Assembly: GCA_963750165.1 (NCBI GenBank)
Contig: CAVVPN010000011.1
Location: forward strand, 1,696,001-1,760,000
Direction of reading: 5' to 3'
DNA from: an uncultured Gemmataceae bacterium
GTDB lineage: Bacteria; Planctomycetota; Planctomycetia; Gemmatales; Gemmataceae
DNA length: 64,000 nt
The position numbers and the translations under genes are program-made. Below, piece by piece: positions 1 to 10,354 of this stretch; position 1 is the first letter of the stretch; every line of letters begins with the position of its first letter. Under the pieces are notes generated by a model that saw nothing but the letters and a program-made list of their open reading frames with translations, did not search any database and was not told the origin of the DNA.

Positions 1-1356
1 GCCACCGGCGTCAAGGTCACCATCCCCTTCGGCGACCGCCTCAGCACCGGCTCCTATGTCCGCAGCAAACTGCCCGGCTCCGACGTGCCCGTGCTGCTCG
101 TCGAGCAACCGCACTACTTCGAGCGCGACCATCACGCCGAGGGCCGCGGTTTCTATCAGTGGACGAGCCCCGACGGCCGCAAGCTCGACTACAGCGACAA
201 CTGCGAGCGCTTCGCCTTTCTCAGCCAGGCCGTCCTCGAAGCGCCGCGGCTGCTCGACCTCTGGCCGGACGTCATCCACGTCAACGACTGGCAGACCGCC
301 CTGGTGCCGGTCTATCTCAAGGAACTGTACCGCAACCATCCGACCGCCGCCCTGCGGCCGCAGTACCAGCGCATCCGCACGCTGCTGACGCTCCACAACC
401 TCGCCTACCAGGGGGTATTCTGGCACGAGGATTTGCCGCTGATCGGCCTGCCGTGGCGGCTCTACAACGACGAGCACCTGGAGTTTTACGGCAAAATCAA
501 CTTCCTCAAGGGCGGCATCGTCTTCGCCGACCTGCTCAACACCGTCAGCCCGACCTACGCGCGCGAAATCCAGACACGCTACTTCGGCTGCGGCCTGCAG
601 GGCGTGCTTGCCAACCGGCAAAAAGCGCTATTCGGCATCGTCAACGGTGTTGATGAGCGCACCTGGGACCCGGCGACCGACAAGCACCTGCCGGCGAACT
701 ACACGGTGGACACCGTTGAGCAGGGCAAGGCGGTGTGCAAGCAGGCGCTGCAGCGATACCACGAGTTGGCGGAGGAACCGCGGACGCCCCTGCTGGGCAT
801 GGTGTCGCGGCTCGTGGAGCAGAAGGGGCTGGACCTGATCGGCCAGAGCGCCCGGCGGTTGCTGGAGCTGGGCACGCAGCTGGTCTTTCTCGGCGAGGGC
901 GATCAGCAGTATCATAAAATGTTGAGTGAACTGCAGGCGCAGCATCCGCGGCAAGTCGGCGTCACGCTGGGACAGCACGAGCCGCTGGCGCACCTGATCG
1001 AGGCGGGCGCGGACCTGTTTCTGATGCCGAGCCTGTTCGAGCCGTGCGGCCTGAACCAGATGTACAGCCTGAAGTACGGCACGGCGCCGGTGGTGCGGGC
1101 GACGGGCGGCCTGGCGGACACGGTCGCGGACGCCACGCCGGAGCGGCTGGCCGACGACACCGCCACCGGCTTCTCGTTCATTCCGGACACGGCGGACGTG
1201 TTCGTCGCCACGGTGCGGCGGGCCGTGACGCTGTACCATGACGACCCGGAGCGCTGGCTACGATTGTTGCGCACGGGGATGCGGCAGGACTGGTCCTGGC
1301 GGCGCAGCGCCGGCGAGTACGAGACGCTGTACCAGCGGCTGCGCGAGATGAAATGA
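1..1356 (+). CDS. glgA: Glycogen synthase (GT5), 5' end outside window
   Basis: Frame open from base 1; motifs HVNDWQT, TLHNLAYQG, VSRLVEQKGLDL, PSLFEPCGLNQMYSLKYGT. Confidence 0.95.
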   Translation, partial: ATGVKVTIPFGDRLSTGSYVRSKLPGSDVPVLLVEQPHYFERDHHAEGRGFYQWTSPDGRKLDYSDNCERFAFLSQAVLEAPRLLDLWPDVIHVNDWQTALVPVYLKELYRNHPTAALRPQYQRIRTLLTLHNLAYQGVFWHEDLPLIGLPWRLYNDEHLEFYGKINFLKGGIVFADLLNTVSPTYAREIQTRYFGCGLQGVLANRQKALFGIVNGVDERTWDPATDKHLPANYTVDTVEQGKAVCKQALQRYHELAEEPRTPLLGMVSRLVEQKGLDLIGQSARRLLELGTQLVFLGEGDQQYHKMLSELQAQHPRQVGVTLGQHEPLAHLIEAGADLFLMPSLFEPCGLNQMYSLKYGTAPVVRATGGLADTVADATPERLADDTATGFSFIPDTADVFVATVRRAVTLYHDDPERWLRLLRTGMRQDWSWRRSAGEYETLYQRLREMK

Positions 1357-1383
1357 AGCGGCGGTTGGGGGTCGTTTGTCTTC

Positions 1384-1444
1384 GTTCGTAGTACCGCCTT
1401 CAGGCGGCATTCAGTGAAGACCGCCCGAAGGCGGTACTACAAAC
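1384..1444. repeat. REP-like doublet, family A (GTAGTACCGCC...GGCGGTACTAC)
   Basis: Inverted pair gttcgtagtaccgccttcaggcgg / ccgcccgaaggcggtactacaaac; half copies at 14698-14712 and 39506-39525. Confidence 0.8.
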
Positions 1445-1489
1445 GAAGAGGCCCCAGTTCCCCGTGCCGGCGGTCGAGGAGGCCCCATC

Positions 1490-3685
1490 ATGGCAGACCT
1501 TGCGCTCGCCCTCTTCTGGCACCAGCACCAGCCCTACTACCCCGACGACCTCACCGGCGACAATCCGATGCCGTGGGTGCGTCTGCACGGCGTCAAGGAC
1601 TATTACGGCATGGCCCTGCACCTGCTCGAGGTGCCGGAGATGCGCTGCACCATCAACCTGGTGCCGAGCCTGCTGCAGCAGCTCCAGGCGTACACCGAGC
1701 GCGGCGCCAGCGACCGGCCGCTCGAGGTGTCGCGCCGGCCCGCGGACGGCCTGACCGAAGAGGATTGTCTGTATCTGCTCGACAACTTCTTCATGGCCAA
1801 CCCGCACTGGATGATCCGGCCGTATCCGCGCTACTTCGACCTCTACCAGCGCCGCGGCCTCGGTCGCAACACCGCCCGTGAGGCCCTGCGCCGCTTCAGC
1901 GAACGCGACTTTCGCGATCTGCAAGTCTGGTTCAACCTCACCTGGATTCACCCGCTCGCGGTCGTCGCCGACGCGGACCTGAAAGAACTGTTCGACAAGG
2001 GCCGCCATTTCACCGAGGCGGACAAGCAGCTGGTGCTCGACAAACACCTGGACATTCTGCGACGCATCATTCCGCTGCACCGCCAGCTGGCCGCGAACGG
2101 TCAGGTCGAACTGACGACCACGCCCTATTTCCATCCGATCCTGCCGCTGCTGTTCGACAAGAAGCTGGCGCGCGAGGCCATGCCCGACGTGAAGCTGCCG
2201 CGCTTCACCGGCGGCTATCCCGAGGACGCCGCCGTCCATGTCCGCCGAGCCGTTGAGCAGCACACGGCCTTCTTCGGCGAACCGCCGCGCGGCATGTGGC
2301 CGGCGGAGGGCAGCGTCTGTCAGGCCATGCTGCCGCTGCTGGCGGAGCACGGCATCCGCTGGATCGCCACGGACGAGGAGATTTTGAGCCAATCGACCCA
2401 GGGCTTCATCAGCCGCGACGGCCACGGCCATGTCCGCAACCCCGAGCTGTTGTACCGCCCTTACCGGGTGCGCGCGGGCGACAGCGAACTGGGGATCGTC
2501 TTCCGCGACCATGCGCTGAGCGACATGATCGGCTTCCACTACCAGCGCAGCGAGGGCGTCGCCGCGGCGGACGACTTCGTACAGCACCTGCACAACATCA
2601 AGAAGGCGGTCGGTGACAACGAGCCAGCGCTGGTCAGTGTCATTCTCGACGGCGAGAACTGCTGGGAGCACTACCCCGATGGCGGCGTGCCGTTCCTGCG
2701 GGCGCTGTACGAGCGCTGCACGCGCACTGCCGGCATCCAGTCCGTCCGCGTCGGCGATTTCCTGGAGCGGCACCCGCCGCGCGAGGCGCTGCCGCAGCTG
2801 TTCGCCGGCAGCTGGATCAGCCATAACTTCGCCATCTGGATCGGCCACGAGGAGGACAACACCGCCTGGGACGCTCTGCACCGCGCCCGCGAACACCTGC
2901 GCAGTCGGTCGCTGACGCCGCACGTGGCGCCCGAGAAAATCCGGCAGGCGTGGGAGGAAATTTACATCGCCGAGGGCAGCGACTGGTTCTGGTGGTTCGG
3001 CGACGACCATTCCAGCGCCCAGGACGCCCTGTTCGACTACCTGTTCCGCAAGCATTTGCAGAACGTCTACCAGTTGCTCGGCGATTCGCTGCCGTCGGAG
3101 CTGCTGCGGCCGATCAGCCGCCGCGGCCAGCGGCCGGCGTACACGCTGCCGCGCAGTTTCCTCGACGTGAAGATCGACGGCCGACAGACATTCTTCGAGT
3201 GGATCAGCGCCGGCCGCTACGCACGGCACAACGAACGTGGTACGATGGCCCAGGTGACGCAGGGGCCCATGAAAGAGGTCTATTTCGGCTTCAACCTGGA
3301 GGCGCTGCTGCTGCGCGTGGACTTTGACACACCGGCCCGCGCCGCCCTGGCGAACTACGACGCCTTCCGGTTGGGGTTTGCCGAGCCGGTCGGTTGGGAG
3401 CTATTAATTGAAGAACCGGCAACAGCGCGGCCGCGCGTGCAGCTGCTGCACGATGGCCTGGCGCCGGAGACCGAGCCGGGGGCGCCGGTTGTCGCGGTGG
3501 GCATCGACCAGATTCTGGAGCTGTCGCTGCCGTTCGCGCTGCTGGCCGTGCAGGCGGACGAACCGGTGCAGTTCTTCGTGGAGTTGTTGCAGGGCGACCA
3601 GAGCCGCGACCGCGCTCCCCGTGAGGGAGCCATCCACCTGACGTGCCCGTCGCCGGACTTCGAGCGCATCATGTGGCAGGTGTGA
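1490..3685 (+). CDS. Glycoside hydrolase family 57 (amylopullulanase-like)
   Basis: WHQHQPYY, PWVRLH, GMWPAEGSV, ILDGENCWE, AEGSDWFWW motifs; SD gaggag. Confidence 0.92.
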   Translation: MADLALALFWHQHQPYYPDDLTGDNPMPWVRLHGVKDYYGMALHLLEVPEMRCTINLVPSLLQQLQAYTERGASDRPLEVSRRPADGLTEEDCLYLLDNFFMANPHWMIRPYPRYFDLYQRRGLGRNTAREALRRFSERDFRDLQVWFNLTWIHPLAVVADADLKELFDKGRHFTEADKQLVLDKHLDILRRIIPLHRQLAANGQVELTTTPYFHPILPLLFDKKLAREAMPDVKLPRFTGGYPEDAAVHVRRAVEQHTAFFGEPPRGMWPAEGSVCQAMLPLLAEHGIRWIATDEEILSQSTQGFISRDGHGHVRNPELLYRPYRVRAGDSELGIVFRDHALSDMIGFHYQRSEGVAAADDFVQHLHNIKKAVGDNEPALVSVILDGENCWEHYPDGGVPFLRALYERCTRTAGIQSVRVGDFLERHPPREALPQLFAGSWISHNFAIWIGHEEDNTAWDALHRAREHLRSRSLTPHVAPEKIRQAWEEIYIAEGSDWFWWFGDDHSSAQDALFDYLFRKHLQNVYQLLGDSLPSELLRPISRRGQRPAYTLPRSFLDVKIDGRQTFFEWISAGRYARHNERGTMAQVTQGPMKEVYFGFNLEALLLRVDFDTPARAALANYDAFRLGFAEPVGWELLIEEPATARPRVQLLHDGLAPETEPGAPVVAVGIDQILELSLPFALLAVQADEPVQFFVELLQGDQSRDRAPREGAIHLTCPSPDFERIMWQV

Positions 3686-3688
3686 ATG

Positions 3689-3781
3689 AAATTGCAAATT
3701 GCAGATTGCAAATTGCCAATTGAAAGACAGCGGGGTTTCTGATTTTCAATTTGCAATCTGCAATTTGCAATTTGCAATTGC
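3689..3781. repeat. Inverted heptamer tandem repeat (AATTGCA)n / (TGCAATT)n hairpin
   Basis: aattgcaaattgcagattgcaaattgccaattgaaa ... tttcaatttgcaatctgcaatttgcaatttgcaattg, just after the GH57 stop. Confidence 0.85.
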
Positions 3782-3847
3782 TTCCCTGGGCCGCCGATCA
3801 TGGACCATTCATTACAAGGTTTTGCCGCCTCCATCCGAGGGTTGCCG

Positions 3848-4885
3848 ATGCCGGAATTGCGCAAGGATCCGATCGTGGGCCGCTGGGTCATCATCGCCAC
3901 CGACCGGGCCAAGCGGCCGGTCGCTCCCAAGACGGAGCTGTTGCCCACGGGGGGCTTCTGCCCGTTCTGCGAGGGCAGCGAGGACAAGACACCGCAGGAA
4001 ATCCTCGCCTACCGTGACCGCAGCACACGCTCCAACGACAAGGGCTGGCGCGTGCGCGTCGTGCCGAACAAGTTCCCGGCACTGCAAATCGAGGGCGAGC
4101 TGAACAAGCGCGGCGAAGGCATTTACGACAAGATGAACGGCATCGGCGCCCATGAGGTCATCATCGAGTGTCCGCACCACGAAACGACCATGGCCAACCT
4201 CAGCGAGGAGACCATCCGCGAGGTGCTCTGGGTCTACCGCGACCGCCTGGTCGATCTGAAGAAGGATCCGCGGCTGGTTTACGGCATGGTGTTCAAGAAC
4301 GTCGGCGCCCTGGCCGGGGCGTCGCTGGAGCACACGCACTCGCAGCTGATCGTCACGCCCATCGTGCCGATCAACGTCTGGGAGGAGATGAGCGGCTCGC
4401 TGGAGTTCTTCAACTATCGCGGCCGCTGCATCTACTGCGACATGATCCATCAGGAGTTGTCGTCGGAGAAGCGCATCGTCCTGGACACGCCCAACTTCAT
4501 CGCCTTCGTGCCGTTCGCCAGCCGTTTCCCGTTCGAGACGTGGATTCTGCCCAAGCAGCACAACAGCCACTTCGAGAACATTCAGAAGACCGAGGTGGAC
4601 GAACTGGGCACCGTTCTGAAGACGATCCTGCTCAAGCTGGAGACCGCGCTGGACAAACCAGCGTACAACTACATCATCCACACGGCGCCGTTCGACACGC
4701 AGTCACTGCCGCACTACCACTGGCACATTGAGGTGATCCCGCGGCTGACGCGCGTGGCCGGCTTCGAGTGGGGCACCGGCTTCTACATCAATCCGGTGCC
4801 GCCGGAGCAGGCCGCCGACTACCTCCGCGACACGGAGGTGGATGTGTCCGGCAAGCCCAGGGGGCAGGGCTCCCAGGGTGGTTGA
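3848..4885 (+). CDS. galT: GalT-family nucleotidylyltransferase (galactose-1-phosphate uridylyltransferase / ADP-glucose phosphorylase-like)
   Basis: MPELRKDP start, [21 protein letters not shown], HxHxQ (EHTHSQ), AGFEWGTG. Confidence 0.88.
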   Translation: MPELRKDPIVGRWVIIATDRAKRPVAPKTELLPTGGFCPFCEGSEDKTPQEILAYRDRSTRSNDKGWRVRVVPNKFPALQIEGELNKRGEGIYDKMNGIGAHEVIIECPHHETTMANLSEETIREVLWVYRDRLVDLKKDPRLVYGMVFKNVGALAGASLEHTHSQLIVTPIVPINVWEEMSGSLEFFNYRGRCIYCDMIHQELSSEKRIVLDTPNFIAFVPFASRFPFETWILPKQHNSHFENIQKTEVDELGTVLKTILLKLETALDKPAYNYIIHTAPFDTQSLPHYHWHIEVIPRLTRVAGFEWGTGFYINPVPPEQAADYLRDTEVDVSGKPRGQGSQGG

Positions 4886-4907
4886 GACAAGCAAGAAGCA
4901 ACCGACC

Positions 4908-6146
4908 TCAAGCCCCGCTGACTGCATCCAGCGCCGCCAGCACGCGGTCGATCTCCTCATGCGTGTTGTAATGCACCAGCCCCAGCCGCACGAAGCCGCC
5001 GCGCTCCTCCAGGCCCAGCCGTTCACTCAGACTCACCGCGTACATGTTGCCGTGCCACACGTACACGCCGGCCTCGGCCAGGTGCGCCGCCACGTCCGCG
5101 GCGCGGCGCTGCGGCAGGCTGATCGACACCGTCGGCACCCGCTCCGCCAGCCGCTTCGGATCGGCGATGCCGTACACCTGGAGCGGCCACCGCGCCACCA
5201 GTCCCTCCAGCAGGTGCTTCGACAGCTCCGCCTCGTAAGCTCGGATCGCCTCCAGCGACGCCAGCAATCGCTGCCGGTAGCTCAACCCGGGTGCCGGCCC
5301 CGCCACGTCCGCCAGGTAGTCCAGCGCCGCCTTGACGCCGGCAATGCCCTCGTGGTTCTGCGTCCCCGTCATCCAGCGGCCAGGTAACGTTTCCGGCGCC
5401 GGCCGCACCTTGTACGCCGGCAGGGATTCCAGCAACTCGCGCCGGCCCCACAGGATGCCGACGTGCGGCCCGAAGAACTTGTACGCCGAGCACGCCAGAA
5501 AGTCGCAGCCCCACGCGCGCACGTCAATCGGCCCGTGCGGCGCGTAATGCACCGCGTCGAGGTACACCAGCGCCCCCGCTGCGTGCGCCCAGCGCGTCAG
5601 TGTCGCCACGTCCGTCAGGCTGCCGACGGCGTTGCTCGCGCAGGTCACCGCCACCAGCCGCGTTTTGTCGGTCAGCTTCTGGCGAAAGTCTTCCAGGTTG
5701 AGCGTGCAGTCCTCGCGGCGTACGTCGCAGGTGCGCACCAAAGCGCCGGCGTCGCGCGCGGCAAGAATCCACGGCGACACGTTGGCGTCGTGGTCGAGCC
5801 GCGTCACCAGCACTTCATCGCCGGCCTGCAGTGTCCGGCCCAGCGCTCGCGCCAGGTGGAACGTCAGCGTCGTCATGTTGGCGCCGAACACCACCTCGCC
5901 GGCTGACGGCGCGTTGAGGAAGTCAGCCACGGCCTGGTGGGCGGCGTGCAGCACCTCGTCAGAGGCCCGGCTGGTGGCGAACAGCCCGCCGTGGTTGGCG
6001 TTGCAGCGCGTCAGGTAGTCCGTCAGGGCGTCGATCACCCGCCGCGGCACCTGAGTGCCGCCGGGGCCATCGAGGAACACCGGCGTGCGGCCGTTGCGGG
6101 GTTGTAGGGCGGGGAACTGCTGGCGCAGCGCGTGAACGTCGAACAT
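4908..6146 (-). CDS. Cysteine desulfurase-like class V PLP enzyme
   Basis: FLDGPGGTQVP, LDHDANVSPW, DAVHYAPH, CSAYKFFGPH, GTQNHEG. Confidence 0.9.
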   Translation of the reverse strand: MFDVHALRQQFPALQPRNGRTPVFLDGPGGTQVPRRVIDALTDYLTRCNANHGGLFATSRASDEVLHAAHQAVADFLNAPSAGEVVFGANMTTLTFHLARALGRTLQAGDEVLVTRLDHDANVSPWILAARDAGALVRTCDVRREDCTLNLEDFRQKLTDKTRLVAVTCASNAVGSLTDVATLTRWAHAAGALVYLDAVHYAPHGPIDVRAWGCDFLACSAYKFFGPHVGILWGRRELLESLPAYKVRPAPETLPGRWMTGTQNHEGIAGVKAALDYLADVAGPAPGLSYRQRLLASLEAIRAYEAELSKHLLEGLVARWPLQVYGIADPKRLAERVPTVSISLPQRRAADVAAHLAEAGVYVWHGNMYAVSLSERLGLEERGGFVRLGLVHYNTHEEIDRVLAALDAVSGA

Positions 6147-6245
6147 GGCAGGAATCCGTGAAGGTGGGAAAAACCGCGCCCGTCCGGAAGCGTGGGTCTT
6201 GCGGGAACGCTCGCCGAACGGGCGCGGCCGTCGGACCGGGACCGC

Positions 6246-6503
6246 TTACCACTGTGATAGCATTTCCAGCGCCAGTTGACTCAGGCTTTCTTCGCCCACC
6301 GAAACCGCGTGGCCGCACTCCGGGCAGTGGATCGCTCCCTTGTCGGTCAGCGCGTTGAAGATCATGTCCTCAAAGGTTTCGCCATCACCCAGGCCGAACC
6401 ACGGGCCTTGCTCGTCCATGCGGTCGAGAATCTCCACCGCGGACGTTTCCGGCGGCGCGACAAACCGGCAGCAGCAGTTTGTGCAGGACAGTTCAATCCG
6501 CAT
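6246..6503 (-). CDS. Small putative zinc-binding protein (85 aa)
   Basis: CTNCCC ... CPECG; SD ggaggtg; sigma54-like promoter upstream. Confidence 0.7.
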   Translation of the reverse strand: MRIELSCTNCCCRFVAPPETSAVEILDRMDEQGPWFGLGDGETFEDMIFNALTDKGAIHCPECGHAVSVGEESLSQLALEMLSQW

Positions 6504-6557
6504 GGGACACCTCCTTGGAAGGACGGATGAGAGTTTTGGATTGGCGACTGCATAAAA

Positions 6558-6573
6558 AGCAAGACCAATACCA
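6558..6573 (-). promoter_or_regulatory. Putative sigma54 (-24/-12) promoter
   Basis: Minus strand TGGTAT-tggtc-TTGCT, ~55 nt upstream of the ATG at 6503. Confidence 0.6.
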
Positions 6574-6766
6574 ATCGCCCGTGTTCGCGCCAGCGGGCCC
6601 AGCGATTGGTCCGCAAGCCAAACAGTTGCAAGTAGTTAAGTGCGAAAAAACGGCCGGGAAAAATGGCGAACCTGGCGGGTCGGCGGCAGCGGTGTCGGCG
6701 TGATCGTTGCAAAAGCGCACATCGCGGTTTACAACGCGGTTTGCAGAATTGACAAGAGCAAAACAA

Positions 6767-6804
6767 CCGGGCCGCCGGACACGGCAAGGTGTCCGGCGGC
6801 CCGG
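6767..6804 (-). terminator. Intrinsic terminator
   Basis: 16-bp stem ccgggccgccggacac/gtgtccggcggcccgg followed by ttgtttt on the minus strand. Confidence 0.7.
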
Positions 6805-6839
6805 ATTGGTAACCGAAGTCTCACGACTTCAGCTATGGC

Positions 6840-8060
6840 CTATTGTTCCTTGACGACAGCGACCTGCGAGTTGAGCGCCATGGTGTAGGCGGCCAGCAGC
6901 GTCTGCAGCGCGTGGTAGGCGTCCTCGTCGCCGCTCCCCGCCGGGGCGAAACGCAGGCCGTTGGCGCTCATGTAGCTCACCAGATCCTGCACGTTCTTGC
7001 CCTCGCCGGCGAATTCCTTGTGGAATTCGATGTTGCGCGGCACGTCGCCGCTCTGAATGGCCACCAGGGCGTCGTCGAACTCATTGAGGAAGCGCTTGGC
7101 CGCGAGATACTGCTGCGTCGGCAGATCGTTAGCCCGCTTCAGCAACTTCTCGCGCAGAGTGTCGATGTCGCTCTTCATGCTGATGACGAGGTTGTCCGGC
7201 GGAGTCTTTTTGGCGGCGAGCCGGTAGGCTTCGCGGGCGTCGGCGGCGATGTCGTCCCGCTGCTTCACGGTGGTAAGTTCGCGCAGGGCGGTCGGCCAAT
7301 CGAACTGACCCTTGGTGCGCAGCAGACCGATGTTGCCGTGGCTCTTGCCGCCGCGCACGTTCACGTGCTGCAGCAGTTTCTCGTTGAGCGGGATCGGGTG
7401 GAGCTTCGGCCCCCTGGCCATCGTCTTCTTGCCCAGATCATCGGCCAACAGGTTCTGGGAACTGCCGGCCATGATTTCGCCGAGGGTGGGCGCGTTCAGG
7501 GCGCGATCCTGGCTGATTTTGAGGTTGCGTTTGGCGTTGTCCGTATAGGTGGGCGTGTTGGCCCGCTCGTAGGCCATCAGATCGATCATCTTTTTCTTGG
7601 TGTCGAGTTTGGCCTGGATGGCCACCTCGCGCAGGATGCGCGTCTGCTCCGAGGAGATGCCCAGCTGGCCGTAGGAGTTCATCACCGCAGCCTCGCCGTA
7701 CAGGGTGCCGAGGCTGTAGAAGCCGTTGTAGGGGTCGTACGGACCCAGGCCGCCATAGCCGCCGCCGCCGTAGCCGCCGTAGCCGCCGTAGCCGCCGAAG
7801 TTGCCGCCCACGACGGACGGCGTGTAGGGGTTGTAGCCATACATCCAGGGCGGGAACTGGCCGTAGGTGCGGCCGACGACATTGGTGTTGTACGCCCACT
7901 GCTTGAGCTGCATCCCCGGCATGATGTACGGGTTGGTCACGACTGGGTTCAACTGCTGGACGCTCGGGAAGCCCCGCTGCGCCGCGGCTGGCGTCGCCAG
8001 CACCGCCATCAGGGCGACGGCTGTTAGCACCGCGGCCCCGCGTTTCGCAAAGGTCAACAT
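6840..8060 (-). CDS. Secreted hypothetical protein with Gly/Tyr-rich N-terminal repeat
   Basis: Signal peptide (..ATPAAAQ), GGYGGYGGYGGGGY tract, host-like codon usage. Confidence 0.75.
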   Translation of the reverse strand: MLTFAKRGAAVLTAVALMAVLATPAAAQRGFPSVQQLNPVVTNPYIMPGMQLKQWAYNTNVVGRTYGQFPPWMYGYNPYTPSVVGGNFGGYGGYGGYGGGGYGGLGPYDPYNGFYSLGTLYGEAAVMNSYGQLGISSEQTRILREVAIQAKLDTKKKMIDLMAYERANTPTYTDNAKRNLKISQDRALNAPTLGEIMAGSSQNLLADDLGKKTMARGPKLHPIPLNEKLLQHVNVRGGKSHGNIGLLRTKGQFDWPTALRELTTVKQRDDIAADAREAYRLAAKKTPPDNLVISMKSDIDTLREKLLKRANDLPTQQYLAAKRFLNEFDDALVAIQSGDVPRNIEFHKEFAGEGKNVQDLVSYMSANGLRFAPAGSGDEDAYHALQTLLAAYTMALNSQVAVVKEQ

Positions 8061-8328
8061 GGTCGGCCTCTCTTTACCACTATGTTCGGCTTTTTCAGCC
8101 CCCAAATATCCCTGTTGCGCACCCGTTCCCGGAACGGAGTAGCTAATTTATATTCTAGTCCAGGTGGGGTGGCAAAAACAAGCAACAATCGCGGTGGGCA
8201 GCCTGCGCGGGGAGCCGGGATGCGGTTACGACCGGTTCGGCGCTTGCGGCGCGGCGGCCGGCGCTTTACCATGCCGGGACGGCATCCGTGTACGGCGGCA
8301 GCTTTCAGCAACTCCGGGAGGTGCAGCG

Positions 8329-9552
8329 ATGACGTGGCAGCGTTCCCTGGTCGGCGGCCTGTTCCTTCTGACTGGTGCGTTTCTGGCGGCGCCGACCGCG
8401 GCCCGGCCCGGCCCAGTCCAGGCGCCGGCGGCGCAGGCGCAGAAGCCCGGCAAACTCTGGGTCTTCCTCGGCACCTATACGCGCGGCAGTAAATCCAAGG
8501 GCATCTACCGCTGCGAGTTCGACGCGGCGACCGGCAAGCTGACGGAGCCCAGGCTCGCCACCGAGGCGGACAATCCCTCGTTCCTGGAGGTCCATCCCAG
8601 CCGGCAGTTCCTGTACTGCGTCAACGAAATCGACGACTTCAACGACAAAAAAGAGGGAGCGGTCAGCGCCTTCCGGCTCGATGTCAAGGACGGCAAACTG
8701 GAACTGCTCAACCAGCTCTCGACCGGCGGCGAGGGGCCGTGTCACGTCAGCGTGGACCCGACCGGCAAGACGGTGCTGGCGGCGAACTACGGCGGCGGCA
8801 GCGCCTGCGCCTTTCTGCTCGACTACGAAAACGCGGACCCGGCGGAGCGGGGCCGCCTGCGCCAGCGCACCTCGTTCGCGCAGCACAATGGCAAGGGCAC
8901 CGACGCCAAACGCCAGGAGGCCCCGCACGCCCACTGCATTATCACCGACCCGGCCGGCAAGCTCGTGCTCATCGCCGACCTTGGCCTGGACAAGATCATC
9001 CTCTACAGCCTTGACGCCGCCAAGGGCGCCCTCGGCACCCACCGGCCGCCCTACGCCGATCTGACGGCCGGCGCCGGCCCGCGCCACCTCGCCTTCCACC
9101 CCAACGGCAAATACCTCTACTGCATCAATGAGCTGAATTCCAGCGTGACCGCCTTCCGCTACAACGCCGACAAGGGCAGCCTGACGCCGTTCCAGATGAC
9201 CTCAACGCTGCCCAAGAAGTTCAAGGGCGAAAACACCGCCGCCGAGGTCGCGGTCCACCCGAGCGGCAAATTCCTGTACGGCTCCAACCGCGGCCACAAC
9301 AGCATCGCCGCCTTCAAGATCGACGAGCAGACCGGCCGCCTGACGCTCATCGCCCTGCAAACGAAAAACATCAAGACGCCGCGCAACTTTGCCATCGATC
9401 CGAGCGGCACTTTCCTGCTGGTCGCCAACCAGGACGCGGACAACGTCGTCGTTTTCCGCATTGACCCCAAAACTGGAACGCTGACCGAAACCGGTGTGAC
9501 CGTGCCGGTGCCGCGGCCTGTCTGTATCAAGATGGTGCCGCGCAACCCCTGA
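8329..9552 (+). CDS. 6-phosphogluconolactonase-like lactonase (7-bladed beta-propeller), exported
   Basis: GTYT..SKGIY, NPSFL, PCHVSVD, QEAPHAH, DLGLD, GPRHLAFHPNG, PRNF; signal peptide; SD ggagg. Confidence 0.9.
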   Translation: MTWQRSLVGGLFLLTGAFLAAPTAARPGPVQAPAAQAQKPGKLWVFLGTYTRGSKSKGIYRCEFDAATGKLTEPRLATEADNPSFLEVHPSRQFLYCVNEIDDFNDKKEGAVSAFRLDVKDGKLELLNQLSTGGEGPCHVSVDPTGKTVLAANYGGGSACAFLLDYENADPAERGRLRQRTSFAQHNGKGTDAKRQEAPHAHCIITDPAGKLVLIADLGLDKIILYSLDAAKGALGTHRPPYADLTAGAGPRHLAFHPNGKYLYCINELNSSVTAFRYNADKGSLTPFQMTSTLPKKFKGENTAAEVAVHPSGKFLYGSNRGHNSIAAFKIDEQTGRLTLIALQTKNIKTPRNFAIDPSGTFLLVANQDADNVVVFRIDPKTGTLTETGVTVPVPRPVCIKMVPRNP

Positions 9553-9621
9553 TCCGGCGGCCGTGCGACGGTGTCTATTCCAATAGTCGAGCCAAACCAT
9601 CTCACCCGTGACGAGGGTGCC

Positions 9622-10329
9622 ATGACGACCTCCTTCAGCTGTCCGAAGTGTAACAAACTGTTGAAACTGGGCCAGCCCGTGGCGGCCGGCACCAAGGTCA
9701 AGTGTCCGCAGTGCGCCGCCATCTTCGCCGCCCCGGGCGCGGAGAACGCCTTCGCGCCGCCGGCCCGCCAGCAGCGCCCAGCGGCGGCGCCGGCGCCGTC
9801 CCGCGACGAGGAGGAGCCGCGGCCGCGCCGCCGCGACGAGGATCTCGACTTCGAGGAGGACGACCGGCCCCGGTCGCGCCGCAAGAAGAAGAAGGCCGGC
9901 GGCGGCCTGCCGGGCTGGGCGCTCGGCCTGATTATCGGCGGCTCGGCGTTCCTGGTGCTGCTGATCGTCGGCGTCATCATCCTGATTGTTGTGCTCAACA
10001 ACCGCTCACCGCGGCAACAGCTCGTCGGCCGCTGGGAGCCGACCGCCGGCAACGCGCGGTTCGGGCCGCGGGGCGGGCCGCAAAGCATGATCCTCGAGTT
10101 CACCTCCGGCAATGAGGTCAAGATCAGTGTCACGGCGGGGCAGCCGGGCATGCAGAACCTCAACGCGAACCTGTCCGGCACATACCGCTGGGTTGACGAC
10201 CGGACGATTGAGATGAATATCGCGTTCGTGCCCACGACCCTCTTCTCCGTGAGTATCAGCGGCGACACGCTCACCATGACGCCGAAGAACGGCGTGGGAG
10301 GGCCGGAGTCGTTCCGCCGCGTACGCTGA
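9622..10329 (+). CDS. Zn-ribbon / charged linker / TM / extracytoplasmic domain protein, paralog 1
   Basis: CPKC...CPQC, DDRPRSRRKKKK, hydrophobic helix, LVGRW domain. Confidence 0.8.
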   Translation: MTTSFSCPKCNKLLKLGQPVAAGTKVKCPQCAAIFAAPGAENAFAPPARQQRPAAAPAPSRDEEEPRPRRRDEDLDFEEDDRPRSRRKKKKAGGGLPGWALGLIIGGSAFLVLLIVGVIILIVVLNNRSPRQQLVGRWEPTAGNARFGPRGGPQSMILEFTSGNEVKISVTAGQPGMQNLNANLSGTYRWVDDRTIEMNIAFVPTTLFSVSISGDTLTMTPKNGVGGPESFRRVR

Positions 10330-10354
10330 GGCCGCCAGCCGCGGCGGGGGTGTT

